Part shown: positions 51,640-64,000 of the stretch, piece after piece
Layout of the letters: each line of letters opens with the position of its first letter
Position numbering within the stretch: the first letter of the stretch is position 1
NCBI GenBank assembly: GCA_951406725.2
Contig: OX597841.1
Location: 14,198,001 to 14,262,000 of the forward strand
DNA from: Octopus vulgaris
Taxonomy: Eukaryota
DNA length: 64,000 nucleotides
Direction of reading: 5' to 3'
The notes under the pieces: generated by a model
The model's database searches: none
What the model was told of the DNA's origin: nothing
The model's input: only the letters and a program-made list of their open reading frames with translations
Translations under genes and position numbers: made by a program

Positions 51640-52260
51640 GTAGTGGTGGTAGTAGCTGGTAGCAGTGGTGTTGGCGATGATGGTTGATGGTGGTAGTGGT
51701 AATGGTGGTGGCGGTAGTAGCTGGTAGCAGTGGTGTTGGCGATGATGGTTGATGGTGGTAGTGGTGATGGTGGTGGCGGTAGTAGCTGGTAGCAGTGGTG
51801 TTGGCGATGATGGTTGATGGTGGTAGTGGTGATGGTGGTGGTGGTAGTAGCTGGTAGCAGTGGTGTTGGCGATGATGGTTGATGGTGGTAGTGGTGATGG
51901 TGGTGGCGGTAGTAGCTGGTAGCAGTGGTGTTGGCGATGATGGTTGATGGTGGTAGTGGTGATGGTGGTGGTGGTAGTAGCTGGTAGCAGTGGTGTTGGC
52001 GATGATGGTTGATGGTGGTAGTGGTGATGGTGGTGGCGGTAGTAGCTGGTAGCAGTGGTGATGGTTGATGGTGGTAGTGGTGATGGTGGTGGTGGTAGTA
52101 GCTGGTAGCAGTGGTGTTGGCGATGATGGTTGATGGTGGTAGTGGTGATGGTGGTGGTGGTAGTAGCTGGTAGCAGTGGTGTTGGCGATGATGGTTGATG
52201 GTGGTAGTGGTGATGGTGGTGGCGGTAGTAGCTGGTAGCAGTGGTGTTGGCGATGGTGGT
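51640..52260. repeat. 65-bp minisatellite x~10 in a GGT-rich tract
   Basis: agctggtagcagtggtgttggcgatg recurs at 65-bp spacing (51654, 51719, 51784...). Confidence 0.93.
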
Positions 52261-54146
52261 AGTGGTGGTGGTGGTGGTGGTGGTTGTGGTTTAGGTGGTT
52301 GTTGTAGTGGTGGTGTTGATGATGATGGTGATGTTGGTGGTGATGTTGGTGGTGGTGTTGGTGGTGGTGTTGGTGTTGGTGGTGGTGTTGGTGGTGGTGT
52401 TGGTGTTGGTGGTGGTTGTGTCACGGTGGATGTTAGTGTAGTGTTGAAGTATCAATGGTTTTACCAGTAATGATACAGGGACTCAACACCACCACCGCCA
52501 CTACCATTACTACCACCACTATCACCACCACCACCACACACCACACCACCACCACAACCACCACCACCACTACCACCAATGCCATAAACCATTGCTACTG
52601 CCACCACAACAACCAATCCCGCCACCACCACCACTACCACAACCACCAAAAACCCCATTATCATCGCATTATGTAACCCAGGGAGGAAGAAAGGGTCCAC
52701 TTGATGTAGACCCAGATCCGACATCAAGACCCGTCATTCAAGTAAAAGATGACAGCAATATGGTGGACAAGAATAATTAACGATTATTAGAATATGTAAT
52801 TAGAAGACAATTACTTCCTCTAAGAGTATTAGAAGGACAATTAGGAAGTGAAAACTCCCTCTAAAAACAACAAAGAAAATTAATAAACCAACGAGACTAA
52901 TTAAATTAACGAAGGTTTTGAAACCTCAATGGAATGGGTTGCAGGGTTTATCAGGCGCCGACAAACCATGGGACTGTGCTACGGGTGGTTTCTATAGCTG
53001 GACGCCCTTCTTCTCACTCATTCTCACCCGTTTCAAAGCAGCTTATTATTCCTCCATTGCCAGGAATAGTTTTCACAGAAGACTGGAAATGAACAGCACT
53101 GCTTAGATGTCAGTGGAACTCGTTTACAGCCATCACACAATGTCGAGACAAAGAGACATGCATTCCCAATACATGGAGTGTATACATATACATACATGCC
53201 TCATCATTGAACATCCCTTTATGACCATTTAACAAGCTTTTCCCATTTTCTACCTATGATAACTGGCACCCGGCAGTCGCCAGGACCCCTGGACTGGTGG
53301 TACGTAAAAAGCGCTATCCGAATCGTGGCCGATGCCAGCATCGCCTCGACTGGCTTCCGTGCTGGTGGCACGTAAAAAGCACCATCCGAATCGTGGTTGA
53401 AGCCAGTGCCGCCTCGACTGGTTTCCGTGCCGGTGGCACGTAAAATGCACCAATCCGACTGTGCCCGTTGCCAGCCTCACCTGGCACCTGTGCAGGTGGC
53501 ACGTAAAAAGCACCCACTACACTCACGGAGTGGTTGGCGTTAGGAAGGGCATCCAGCTGTAGAAACACTGCCAAATCAGACTGGAGCCTGGTGCAGCCTC
53601 CTGGCTTCCCAGACCCCGGTCGAACCGTCCAACCCGTGCTAGCATGGAAGACGGACGTTAAACGATGATGATGATGAAATCCATTCGTAAAGCTTTTGGT
53701 CAACCGGTGACAATAGCAGAAGGTGCTGTGTAATGAAATTGAACTCAGAACCACATCGCTGCCAAACGAGCTTCTTAACCACCTGACCAAACCGATATCC
53801 ATTTCAATTTCAACATAAAAAATTTATTGTGCCGTAGGATATACATATCAACGGATAGAATTGAGAATTTATTTATTACTTTTACGTTTTACATTCTTCC
53901 TCCTCCCCACCTTCTGGAATACCCCCTCTGGCAGAGTTATTTCGTGCAGTTTGCTACCCTCTTCCCACCCTGGACCCACCCTTCAAAAACAATTAATCTG
54001 TAAAATATGGCTACGTGTCCAACAGATTTATGTTTTTTGCTGGTGAGTGTGTGTGTGTGTGTGTGTATGTGTGTGTGTATGCGTGCATGTGTGTGTGTGT
54101 ATGTATATATATATATATATACATACACACACACATATATATATAC

Positions 54147-54193
<47 letters not shown>

Positions 54194-54425
54194 TACATGT
54201 GTATGTATATATGTATATATAAATAAATGTATGTATGTACGTGTGTATGTATGTACATGTGTATGTATGTATGCATGTGTGCATATATGTATGTGTGTGT
54301 GTATTTGTGTGTATGTATGTATGTATGCATATATGTATGCATATATGGATGTATGTGTGTGTATGTATATAAGTATTTATGTAAGTAAATAATATATAGA
54401 ACATATAGAACTGTCAGACAAATAT

Positions 54426-54515
<90 letters not shown>

Positions 54516-55587
54516 TCTGAAATTTTTGACTAACGCCAGTATCTACTATAATAATACTCTGGTGTATTTCTCCGTCAAAACATATGAATGGGAAAGGAAG
54601 GGGTGATGGATGAATATGGAAGGAAGGGGTGATGGCAAACTTGGTAGTGTGATGCTAGAAGTTCTACAGTGGAAAAAAAATCAAACAGCGTTTCAACTCT
54701 GTGTGAGTATATGTGTGTGTACAAGTATGCAAATGTTTGTATATGTGAAGCAGTGTTCTTTCCGTATCGAATGATGATTGATGTCACATCTCAAAAGACC
54801 AACCACTGGATAACATTGACAAGTGTATCAATTTGATTTACCATCCATATTCAATCTGTTTTCTTAAAAATAATTAATCAAGGGATGTTAGCTGTGGACA
54901 GATTTTTTTCACAAAAAATTTGGTAATAAAGGCGTAGGAGTTGCTGTGTGGTAAGTAGCTTGCTTACGAACCACATGGTTCCGGGTTCAGTCCCACTGCA
55001 TGGCACCTTGGGCAAGTGTCTTCTACTATAGCCTCGGGCCGACCAAAGCCTTGTGAGTGGATTTGGTAGATGGAAACTGAAAGAAGCCCGTCGTATATAT
55101 ATATATATATATACGTATGTGTATGTGTATATGTTTGTGTGTTTGTGTTTGTCCCCCAACATCGCTTAACAACCGATGGTGGTGTGTTTATGTCCCTGTA
55201 ACTTAGCGGTTCGGCAAAATAGACCGATAGAATAAGTACTGGGCTTACAAAGAATAAGTCCTGGGGGTCGATTTGCTAGATTAAAGGCGGTGCTCCAGCA
55301 TGGCCACAGTCAAATGACTGAAATAAGTAAATGAGTAAAATGATTATTAAAACTTGGTTTTATACCTTATTTATATATAAAATATTACAATTACCTGTCA
55401 TTATTGACAGCACGTGGCCAGCTAGTAACTCTATAATACAGATTGCTGTGTGTGACATTTACCTGAGAATGCACCTGAGGAATGTAAAAATGTAAAACAA
55501 AGCTATGCAGACCTATAAGCCCACCTACAACCAAAATCGACCGATGACCAGTCAGTCGGAACCAATTGTGGTCATAAATCGACAACA

Positions 55588-55920
55588 ACTTGGCTCAGTG
55601 GTTAGAGCGTCGAGCTTACGATCGTGAGGTTGTGAGCTCGAATCCCGGACCGGGCTGCGTGTTGTGTTCTTGAGCAAGGCACTTTATTTCACGTTGCTCC
55701 AGTTCACTCAGCTGTAGAAATGAGTTGCGACGTCACAGGTGCCAAGCTGTATCGACCTTTGTCTTTCCCTTGGATAACACTGGTAGCGTGGAGAGGGGAG
55801 GCTGGTATGCATGGGCGACTGCTGGTCTTCCATAAACAACCTTGCCCGGACTTGTGTCTAGGAGGGTAACTTTCTAGGTGCAATCCCATGGTCATTCATG
55901 ACCGAAGGGGGTCTTTATCT
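55588..55920 (+). mobile_element. tRNA-derived CORE-like SINE family E
   Basis: tggctcagtggttagagcg (A box), gagctcgaatccc (B box), gtgttcttgagcaaggcacttt core. Confidence 0.75.
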
Positions 55921-55921
55921 T

Positions 55922-55953
<32 letters not shown>

Positions 55954-56170
55954 ATAATAAATATTAGGGAATAAATCCAAACTTACAGGGAAAAATCAGA
56001 TTTAGGATTGAATCCAATTTTATAGTAAAATATTATATTATATTAAATTAGAGACAAAACCACTATTAGGCAAATCATACAATGAAAAACTTAAGCCAAT
56101 ACATAAGATTAATTAATTTATATTATTTTAAATATATATCAAAATTATTAAAAAAAGATCATTAATATAA

Positions 56171-56228
56171 CACTACGATCGTTTCATGGCTGTTCAATTC
56201 TTAAAATTTCGAGTTACAGTCATTCTTC
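56171..56228 (-). ncRNA. 5'-truncated hammerhead ribozyme remnant
   Basis: Minus strand reads GAAGA-atgactgt...acagccat-GAAA-cgatcg-TA-gtg. The 5' CU of the core and the 5' strand of stem I are replaced by the tail of the adjacent SINE. Confidence 0.55.
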
Positions 56229-56896
56229 TCTCTTTACTCTCTTTACTCTCTTTTACTTGTTTCAGTCATTTGACTGCGGCCATGCTGGAGCACCGCCTTT
56301 AGTCAAGCAAATCGACCCCAGAACTTATTCTTTGTAAGCCCAGTACTTATTCTATCGGTCTCTTTTTTGCCGAACCGCTAAGTGACGGGGACAGGAACAC
56401 ACCAGCATCGGTTGTCAAGCAATGCTAGGGAGACAAACTCAGACACACAAACACATACACACACATACATACATATATATACATATATACGACGGGCTTC
56501 TTTCAGTTTCCGTCTACCAAATCCACTCACAAGGCATTGGTCGGCCTGGGGCTATAGCAGAAGACACTCGCCCAAGGTGCCACGCAGTGGGACTGAACCC
56601 GGAACCATGTGGTTGGTTAGCAAGCTACTTACCACACAGCCACTCCTGCACCTTCAGGTGGTTTAAATATTTAACTTGGCGAGGTTTAATCAATGATTAT
56701 ATATATACACACATACACACTCACATACACACACACACAAAGGTTGAGGGAGAGAGAGAAAGGGAGAGATTCAAGGGTTGACAAGTCACTTAGAATAAAG
56801 TACTCAAAGATACGTCTGAGTGTATCTATCCATCCACCCATCCATCTGTCTGTCTGTCTGTCTATCTATCTATATCTATCTATCTATATCTATCTA

Positions 56897-56927
<31 letters not shown>

Positions 56928-58799
56928 CTATCTTTTTATCTATCCCGAACCTCAACCACTTCCATTCACCTCCTCCCCAACCCCCGATATCTCCAACACT
57001 AAACTCAGTCAGTCACTAAGCCCCATCAACATCAAAGCTACTAACAACAACCAACAAACAACAAACAAAAACAAAAACAACAAACAAAAACAAAAACACA
57101 AAAAAGCCTTCAAACATATCCATTGGCAACAACCAGAATTCCTTTGGTGAAATCAAAACCGGAATAAATCAAACAAAGAATCCATAGAAAACACTAGAAC
57201 ACAATAAGCAGAGCCAAAACATTAAACACACCTTAGCAACAAACAAAGGCTATTGTGGGTCTTTGTTGCGAAAGAACTGGAGTCAATTGCCGAAAGTGAA
57301 AAGCGCATTGATAAAGCAAAATGGCTGTCAAATGGTGGAGGGGGTGGGGGTGGGGGTGGGGAGGGACGAATGCTGAGGTTGATGCATAGATATGTCGACA
57401 TATAAAGTGTATTGAATACATGAAATGAAAATGATGTGCAGGAGTGGCCGTGTGGTAAGTAGCTTGCTAACCAACCACATGGTTCCGGGTTCAGTCCCAC
57501 TGCGTGGCATCTTGGGCAAGTGTCTTTTACTATAGCCCCGGGCCGACCGATGGCTTGTGAGTGGATTTGGTAGACGGAAACTGAAAGAAGCCTGTCGTAT
57601 ATATATATATATATGTTTGTGTGTCTGTGTTTGTTCCCCTAGCATTGCTTGACAACTGATGTTGGTGTGTTTATGTACCCATCACTTAGCGGTTTGGCAA
57701 AAAGAGACTGATGGGATATGTACTGGGCTTACAAAGAATAAGTCCCAGGGTCGATTTGCTTGACTAAAGGCGGTGCTCCAGCATGGCCGCAGTCAAATGA
57801 CTGAAACAAGTAAAAGAGTAAAAGAGTAAAGAGTATATGTGTATCATCATCATCATCGTCGTTTAACGTCCGCTTTCCATGCTAGCATGGGTTGGACGAT
57901 TTTGACTGAGGGCTGGCAAACCAGAAGGCTGCACCAGGCTCCAATCTTGATCTGGCAGAGTTTCTACAGCTGGATGCCATTCCTAACACCATATATATAC
58001 ACACACATAGGGAAAGTTTACGAAAAAAACAAAAGACGAAGACAGGTGGTGTACAAAACAAACAGATGTATTAGTATAACGCTCAGGAATAGAAAAAGTC
58101 TTTTATGTTTTGAGCCTATGCTCTTCTACAGAAAGGGACACAGAAAGAAACAAGGAGAGAAAAAATTGTGTGTAGTGGCTAACGATCTATCAGGGAAGGT
58201 GTGAAAGTCTTTTATGTTTCGAGCCTATGCTCTTCTACAGAAAGGGACATGAGGAAATAAACGGAGAATAGAAAAAAATACTTGTGGATTTAGCAGTCAA
58301 TCATGGCAATATATATGCAAATGTGTGTGTGTATGTTTGTGTTTGTCCACCACCACCACGACCATCACCACTTTACAACCAGTGTTGGTGTATTTATATC
58401 CCTGTAACATTGGCAGTTTGGCAAAAGAGACCGATAGAATAAGTACCAGGCTTTAAAGAAAAGATAAGCACAGGGGTCGATTCATTTGGTGGTGCCCCAG
58501 CATGGCCACAGTCCAATGAATGAAACATGTCAAACAATAAAATATATATTTATATTTATTTTTATGTTGTTGTTGTTGTTGTTGTTGGTGGTGGTGGTTA
58601 TGGAGGCGGCAGTGCAACTGGTGGTATGTGTGATGATGAGGATGGTGGTGTTGGCGGTAGTTGTGGTGGTGGTGGTGGTGGTGGTAGAGGAAATTGGTAG
58701 ATGGTGGAGGGGGGGAGTGTCAGGTGAACAGCAAATATCCATTAGTGTTTTGTATTCAGGGTGGAGACGGGTGGCTACTGCACACAAAGCAGACATGGT

Positions 58800-58836
58800 G
58801 ACTGTAGCTGTGGTGGTGGTGGTGGTGATGGTGGTG

Positions 58837-58895
<59 letters not shown>

Positions 58896-58914
58896 GGTGG
58901 TGGTGGTGGTAGTG

Positions 58915-58952
<38 letters not shown>

Positions 58953-59441
58953 GGTGGTGGTGGTGGTGGTGGTGGTGATGGTGGTGGGATTGGCAGCAGT
59001 CGTGGTATTGGTGATGATGATGACGACGACGATGGTTGTGGTGGTGGTGGTGATGGTGATGATGATGATGATGACGACGATGGTTGTGGTGGTGGTGGTG
59101 ATGGTGATGACGATGACGATGACAACGACGATGATGGTGATGATGATGATGGCGATGGTGGTGGTGGTGGTGATAGTGACGAGGATGATGATGATGATGG
59201 CAATTACTATGACAATGAGCGACGCCGATGACAATGATGATGATGGTGATGATGATGATGGTGATGATGATGATGATGATGACGATGACAATGATGATGA
59301 TGGTGATGATGATGATGATGATGACGATGACAATAATGATGATGGTGATGATGATGATGATGATGACGATGATGATGACGATGACAATGATGATGATGGT
59401 GATGATGATGATGATGATGACGATGACAATAATGATGATGG

Positions 59442-59474
<33 letters not shown>

Positions 59475-59618
59475 CGATGACAATGATGATGATGGTGATG
59501 ATGATGATGATGATGACGATGACAATAATGATGATGGTGATGATGATGATGATGATGACGATGACAATGATGATGATGATGATGACGATGACAATGATGA
59601 TGATGATGGTGATGATAA
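58800..59618. repeat. Compound (GGT)/(GTA)/(GAT)n microsatellite with higher-order repeats
   Basis: Seen directly. Confidence 0.95.
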
Positions 59619-60808
59619 TTAGAGTTTAGCGTAGGAAGGGTTTACAAAAAAATGGGGCATTTGCTTACCATTTTTGTAGAGTTCTGTTGCTGTTGTTATT
59701 GTCAGTGATGATGATGCTGGTGTTGTTGTTGTTGTTGTTGGTGATGCTGTTTGTCTCTGTCCATTGGTCAGTTTCACGGTGATAGTAATTCCAAAATTTC
59801 TTGTCCACTTTCGCCGCGTTGTATATCTATGCGTGTATGTATGTATGCATATATGTATTGTGAATACACATCTGTTGGTCAGTTACAGCTGTCCATTACG
59901 CTTGTGTAGATTGGTCTAAAATAAAATACAGTGGTCAGTTAGAAATGTCCATTTAAGATGGGTAGATTGGTCAAAAACAGAAAAATGTGGCCAGTTATAA
60001 TGGTCAGTTACAGAAGTCCATTTACGCTGGGTAGACTTGTCAAAGACAGGAGAATGTGGTTAGTTATAGTGGTCAGTTTGAATTGTCCATTTAAGCAGGG
60101 TAGATTGGGCAAAACCACTCTGAGAGTGTAATGGCTGCTCTTATGTGCCACCGGCATGGGTGCTATTTGTGTGACACCAGTATCTGCCACAACTGTGATT
60201 TTACTTGGTTTGATGGGTCTTCTTCTCAAGCAAAACATAATGCCAAAGGTCTCGGCCATTGCCTCTGTGAGGCCCAATGCTTGAAAGGAACTCAGCCACT
60301 TTGCCTCTGGGAACCTCAATGCTCATATCATCATCATCATGGTTTAACGTCTGCTTTCTATGCCGGCATGGGTTGGACAGTTTGACTGAGGACTGGTGAG
60401 CCACAAGGCTGCACCAGGCTCCAAACTGATCTGGCAAGGTTTCTACAACTGGATGCCCTTCTTAGTGCCAACCACTTTACAGAGTGTAGTGGGTGCTTTT
60501 TACATGCCACCAGCACAGGGGCCAGTCAGGCAGGCCTGGCATCGACCATGCTTGAATGGTTCTTTTTACCTGCCACCAGCATGGGAGCCAGTCATGCAAC
60601 ACTGGCATCGACCACACTCGAATGGTACTTTTTATGTGCCACCGGCACAGGTGCCAGTCAAGCAACACTTACATTGGTGACACTCAAATGGTGCCTTTTG
60701 CATGCCACCAGCACAGGTGCTAGTTGAGCAGCACTGACATCAACCATGCTTGAGTGGTGCTTTTTATGTGTCACAGGCACAGATGCTAGTCACACTTGGG
60801 TGGTTTAT

Positions 60809-60971
60809 AGGCACAGGTGTGACTGTAAGGTAAATAGCTTGCTTACCAACCACATTGTTCCGGGTTCAGTCCCACTGCGTGGCACCTTGGGCAAATGTCT
60901 TCTACTATAGCCTTGGGTCACCCAAAGTCTTGTGAGTGGATTTGGTAGACGGAAACTGAAAGAAGCCTGTC

Positions 60972-61052
<81 letters not shown>

Positions 61053-61335
61053 TGTGTGTGTGTGTGTTTGTGTGTGTGTTTGTCCCCCCACCATCGCTTG
61101 ACAACTGATGGTGGCATGTCTACGTCGCCGTAACTTAACGGTTCAGCAAGAGAGACCGATAGAATATGTACTAGGCTTAGAAAGAATAAGTCCTGGGGTC
61201 AATTTGTTCAACTAAAGGTGGTGCTCCAGCATGGCCACATTCAAATGAATGAAACAAATAAAAGAATAAAAGAATATATATATATATATATATTCTTTTA
61301 TTCATATATATATATACATACATATATACACATAC

Positions 61336-61397
<62 letters not shown>

Positions 61398-61774
61398 ATA
61401 TATGTGTGTGTGTACACACACACACACACATATATGAATACATGTGTGCATGTGTCTGTGTGTCTGTGTGTGTGTGGGTATAATATATTACTTGACCGAA
61501 TGGTGTACATTGTTCTGTTGATGACCGACTCTCTTACACAGGAAGTATAGTGAGATTGGTCAATAAGTGAGTTGTCCAAACATTCCCTCTCATTCCAGCC
61601 GAATGGTCAGATGCTGTTGCGCTATATTTGTGTGTCCACTGCCAGCCAGGTGGCATGGCTTGCTGATACTATAGGGCCAGTAGTGCAGGAGAGACAATAC
61701 TGTTGTGTGTCCACTGCCAGCCAGGTGGCATGGCTTGCTGATATTATAGGGCCAGTAGTGCAGGAGAGACAATA

Positions 61775-61816
<42 letters not shown>

Positions 61817-61880
61817 CAGACAGACAGATAGATAGAAAGATAAATAGACAGACAGACACACTGACAGTTACATAGATAGA

Positions 61881-61916
<36 letters not shown>

Positions 61917-61977
61917 TAGATAGACAGACAGATAGACAGATAGATAGATAAATAGATAGATAGATCGATAGACAGAC

Positions 61978-62008
<31 letters not shown>

Positions 62009-63090
62009 AAGAAAGAGAGACATAGATGGATAGATAGACAAATAGATAGAGAGAGAGAGAGAGAGAGATGGATAGATAGATTAATAGATAGATAGATAGA
62101 TACATAGATAAACATAGATAGATAGATAGATAGATAAACATAGATAGATAGATAGATAGATAGATGGCACTTACATAGTGTACTTATCGGTTCAGATCAT
62201 CTGTGAACTAAACCCTTCATATCATATATATATATATATGTGTGTGTGTATGTATATATAATTGTTAAAGGGGGCAACAGACGTTAAGGCAAGGCAAACA
62301 TCTCAAGCCATATACATTATTATTATAATTGGAAAATAATTCAAAGTCTTACAGCTGTTTCTGGGATATCCCAGAGTACGGGATATTCCATCATCAGAGA
62401 CAAATAGGAAAAAAACAGGTTAAAAAATAGGAATGGTATATATTAATGAAATGATGACACAGAGGAGTAACGGAATAAGGAGATGAAGAGAGAGAAGAAA
62501 AAAGAATATATATATATACATACGCTATATATATATGGCAATAATGATGATGTTGATAAGGGTATATTAATTTATATCATTTGAAAAAGGGGGGGACAAC
62601 GGGGGATGAGGGTACAAGAACAATGATCATGGCGTTGGTGATGATGATGACAATATATATATATATGTGTGTGTATATATATGTATACTCTTTTACTCTT
62701 TTACTTGTTTCAGTCATTTGACTGTGGCCATGCTGGAGCACCGCCTTTTTTTAGTCGAGCAAATCGACCCCAGTTCTTATTCTTTGTAAGCCCAGTACTT
62801 ATTCTATCGGTCTCTTTTGCCGAACCGCTAAGTGACAGGGACGTAAAACACACCAGCATCGGTTGTCAAGCAATGCTAGGGGGACAAACACAGACACACA
62901 AACACACATATATATATATATACATATATACGACAGGCTTCTTTCAGTTTCTGTCTTCCAAATCCACTCACAAGTCATTGGCCGGCCCGGGGCTATAGCA
63001 GAAGACACTTGCCCAAGATGCCACGCAGTGGGACTGAACCCGGAACCATGTGGTTGGTTAGCAAGCTACTTACCACACAACCACTCCTGC
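60809..63090. mobile_element. SINE family A copies
   Basis: 60809-61275 (+) and 62686-63090 (-). Confidence 0.85.
62346..62401 (-). ncRNA. Minimal type-I hammerhead ribozyme (Penelope-like element type)
   Basis: Minus strand reads gtct-CTGATGA-tggaatatccc gtactct gggatatccca-GAAA-cagctg-TA-agac. 4-bp stem I, 10/11-bp stem II, palindromic stem III (acagctgt), GUA triplet. Confidence 0.85.
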
Positions 63091-63100
63091 TATGTTTTTA

Positions 63101-63143
<43 letters not shown>

Positions 63144-63199
63144 ATATACATATACATACATACATACATACATACATACATACATACATACAGACATAC

Positions 63200-63235
<36 letters not shown>

Positions 63236-63255
63236 GTATATATATATATGTATAT

Positions 63256-63301
<46 letters not shown>

Positions 63302-63317
63302 GTATGTATAGGTATAT

Positions 63318-63355
<38 letters not shown>

Positions 63356-64000
63356 CTTTGTCGGCAGACCGGTGTCCCGTCCAGGTGGGGAACCTATCCA
63401 CCAATGAAACTGGGAAACTGACCCTTATGAGACAGGTAAGGCTCAAGAAGGAACGAACAACACACACACACACACACACACATATACATAAATACACACA
63501 CACACACATTATATACATGTTATCTACACTATATATACATGTATAATTATACACAACCAACACACTATATTTTGTTCAATACTATATGCACACTGTAATG
63601 TAGAAGAAAAATACACACACACACATATATATATAAATATATACATACCACAGAGGAGCCGTGTAGAGCAGCGTGTAGCTATACACATGTGTGCTTGTGA
63701 TTCTTTTTGTTTCCATGTGTGTGTGTGTGTGTGTGTGTACACAAGCCAAGGAAGTGAAGCAGTGGTATAGAATTATATACACTTCTCAGTATTGGCAGTT
63801 AGCTGAGAGAGAAATTGCGGAGGAGCAGCGTTGGTCAACCCGTGTGCATGTGAGGACATGTTGAAATTTAATAAGAGAGGCCAGTTGTCAACAAAACCGC
63901 CCCCATGCCCGTCCACCACGACCACCACCACAAACCCTTGTGAAGGGGTGCCAGGACTGAGGGGGGGGCTGTAATAGACATCGGGGTGGGGGTAGAGGGT

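Larger units (their letters stand above)
54930..57836. mobile_element. Three SINE family A copies in alternating orientation
   Basis: 54930-55340 (+), 56229-56651 (-), 57436-57836 (+). Confidence 0.88.

Noticed and set aside
55588-55665. tRNA gene candidates (also 32535-32610 and the family A heads)
   Set aside because: A/B boxes run straight into SINE bodies without a proper cloverleaf or acceptor stem.

Overview
This is eukaryotic, repeat-saturated genomic DNA. The SINE families, microsatellite load and LINE types point to a coleoid cephalopod, probably Octopus (inference). Two convergent spliced genes can be reconstructed by hand with consistent GT-AG boundaries and intron phases. Gene 1 (+, 8055-19973, 5' end not found) has 6 visible coding exons (~1,775 aa). 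It encodes an unrecognised, mostly disordered K/S/E-rich protein with a small helical region containing a CENP-B/ABP1-N-like HTH segment, an acidic tract, an 8-aa tandem repeat and an RGG/Tyr-rich tail. Gene 2 (-, 46134-28005) is a complete 12-exon C1orf87 homolog (712 aa) with a near-perfect RFX X-box 54 nt upstream of its ATG. The rest is tRNA-derived SINEs, RTE/CR1/other LINE 3' ends, hAT, piggyBac, Tc1/mariner and pogo-type MITEs, an intact non-autonomous Helitron, and mini- and microsatellites. The most striking unannotated signal is a set of sequence-diverse minimal type-I hammerhead ribozymes of the Penelope-like-element kind, mostly next to (TA)n tracts. One is complete at 62346-62401 (-). 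Another lies inside a perfect 132-bp palindrome in a gene 1 intron (8404-8535), so it is encoded on both strands and predicted to be sequestered by its own antisense arm. Nearly all ORFs in the supplied track are microsatellite or SINE artefacts. No exons were recognised beyond 46.3 kb.
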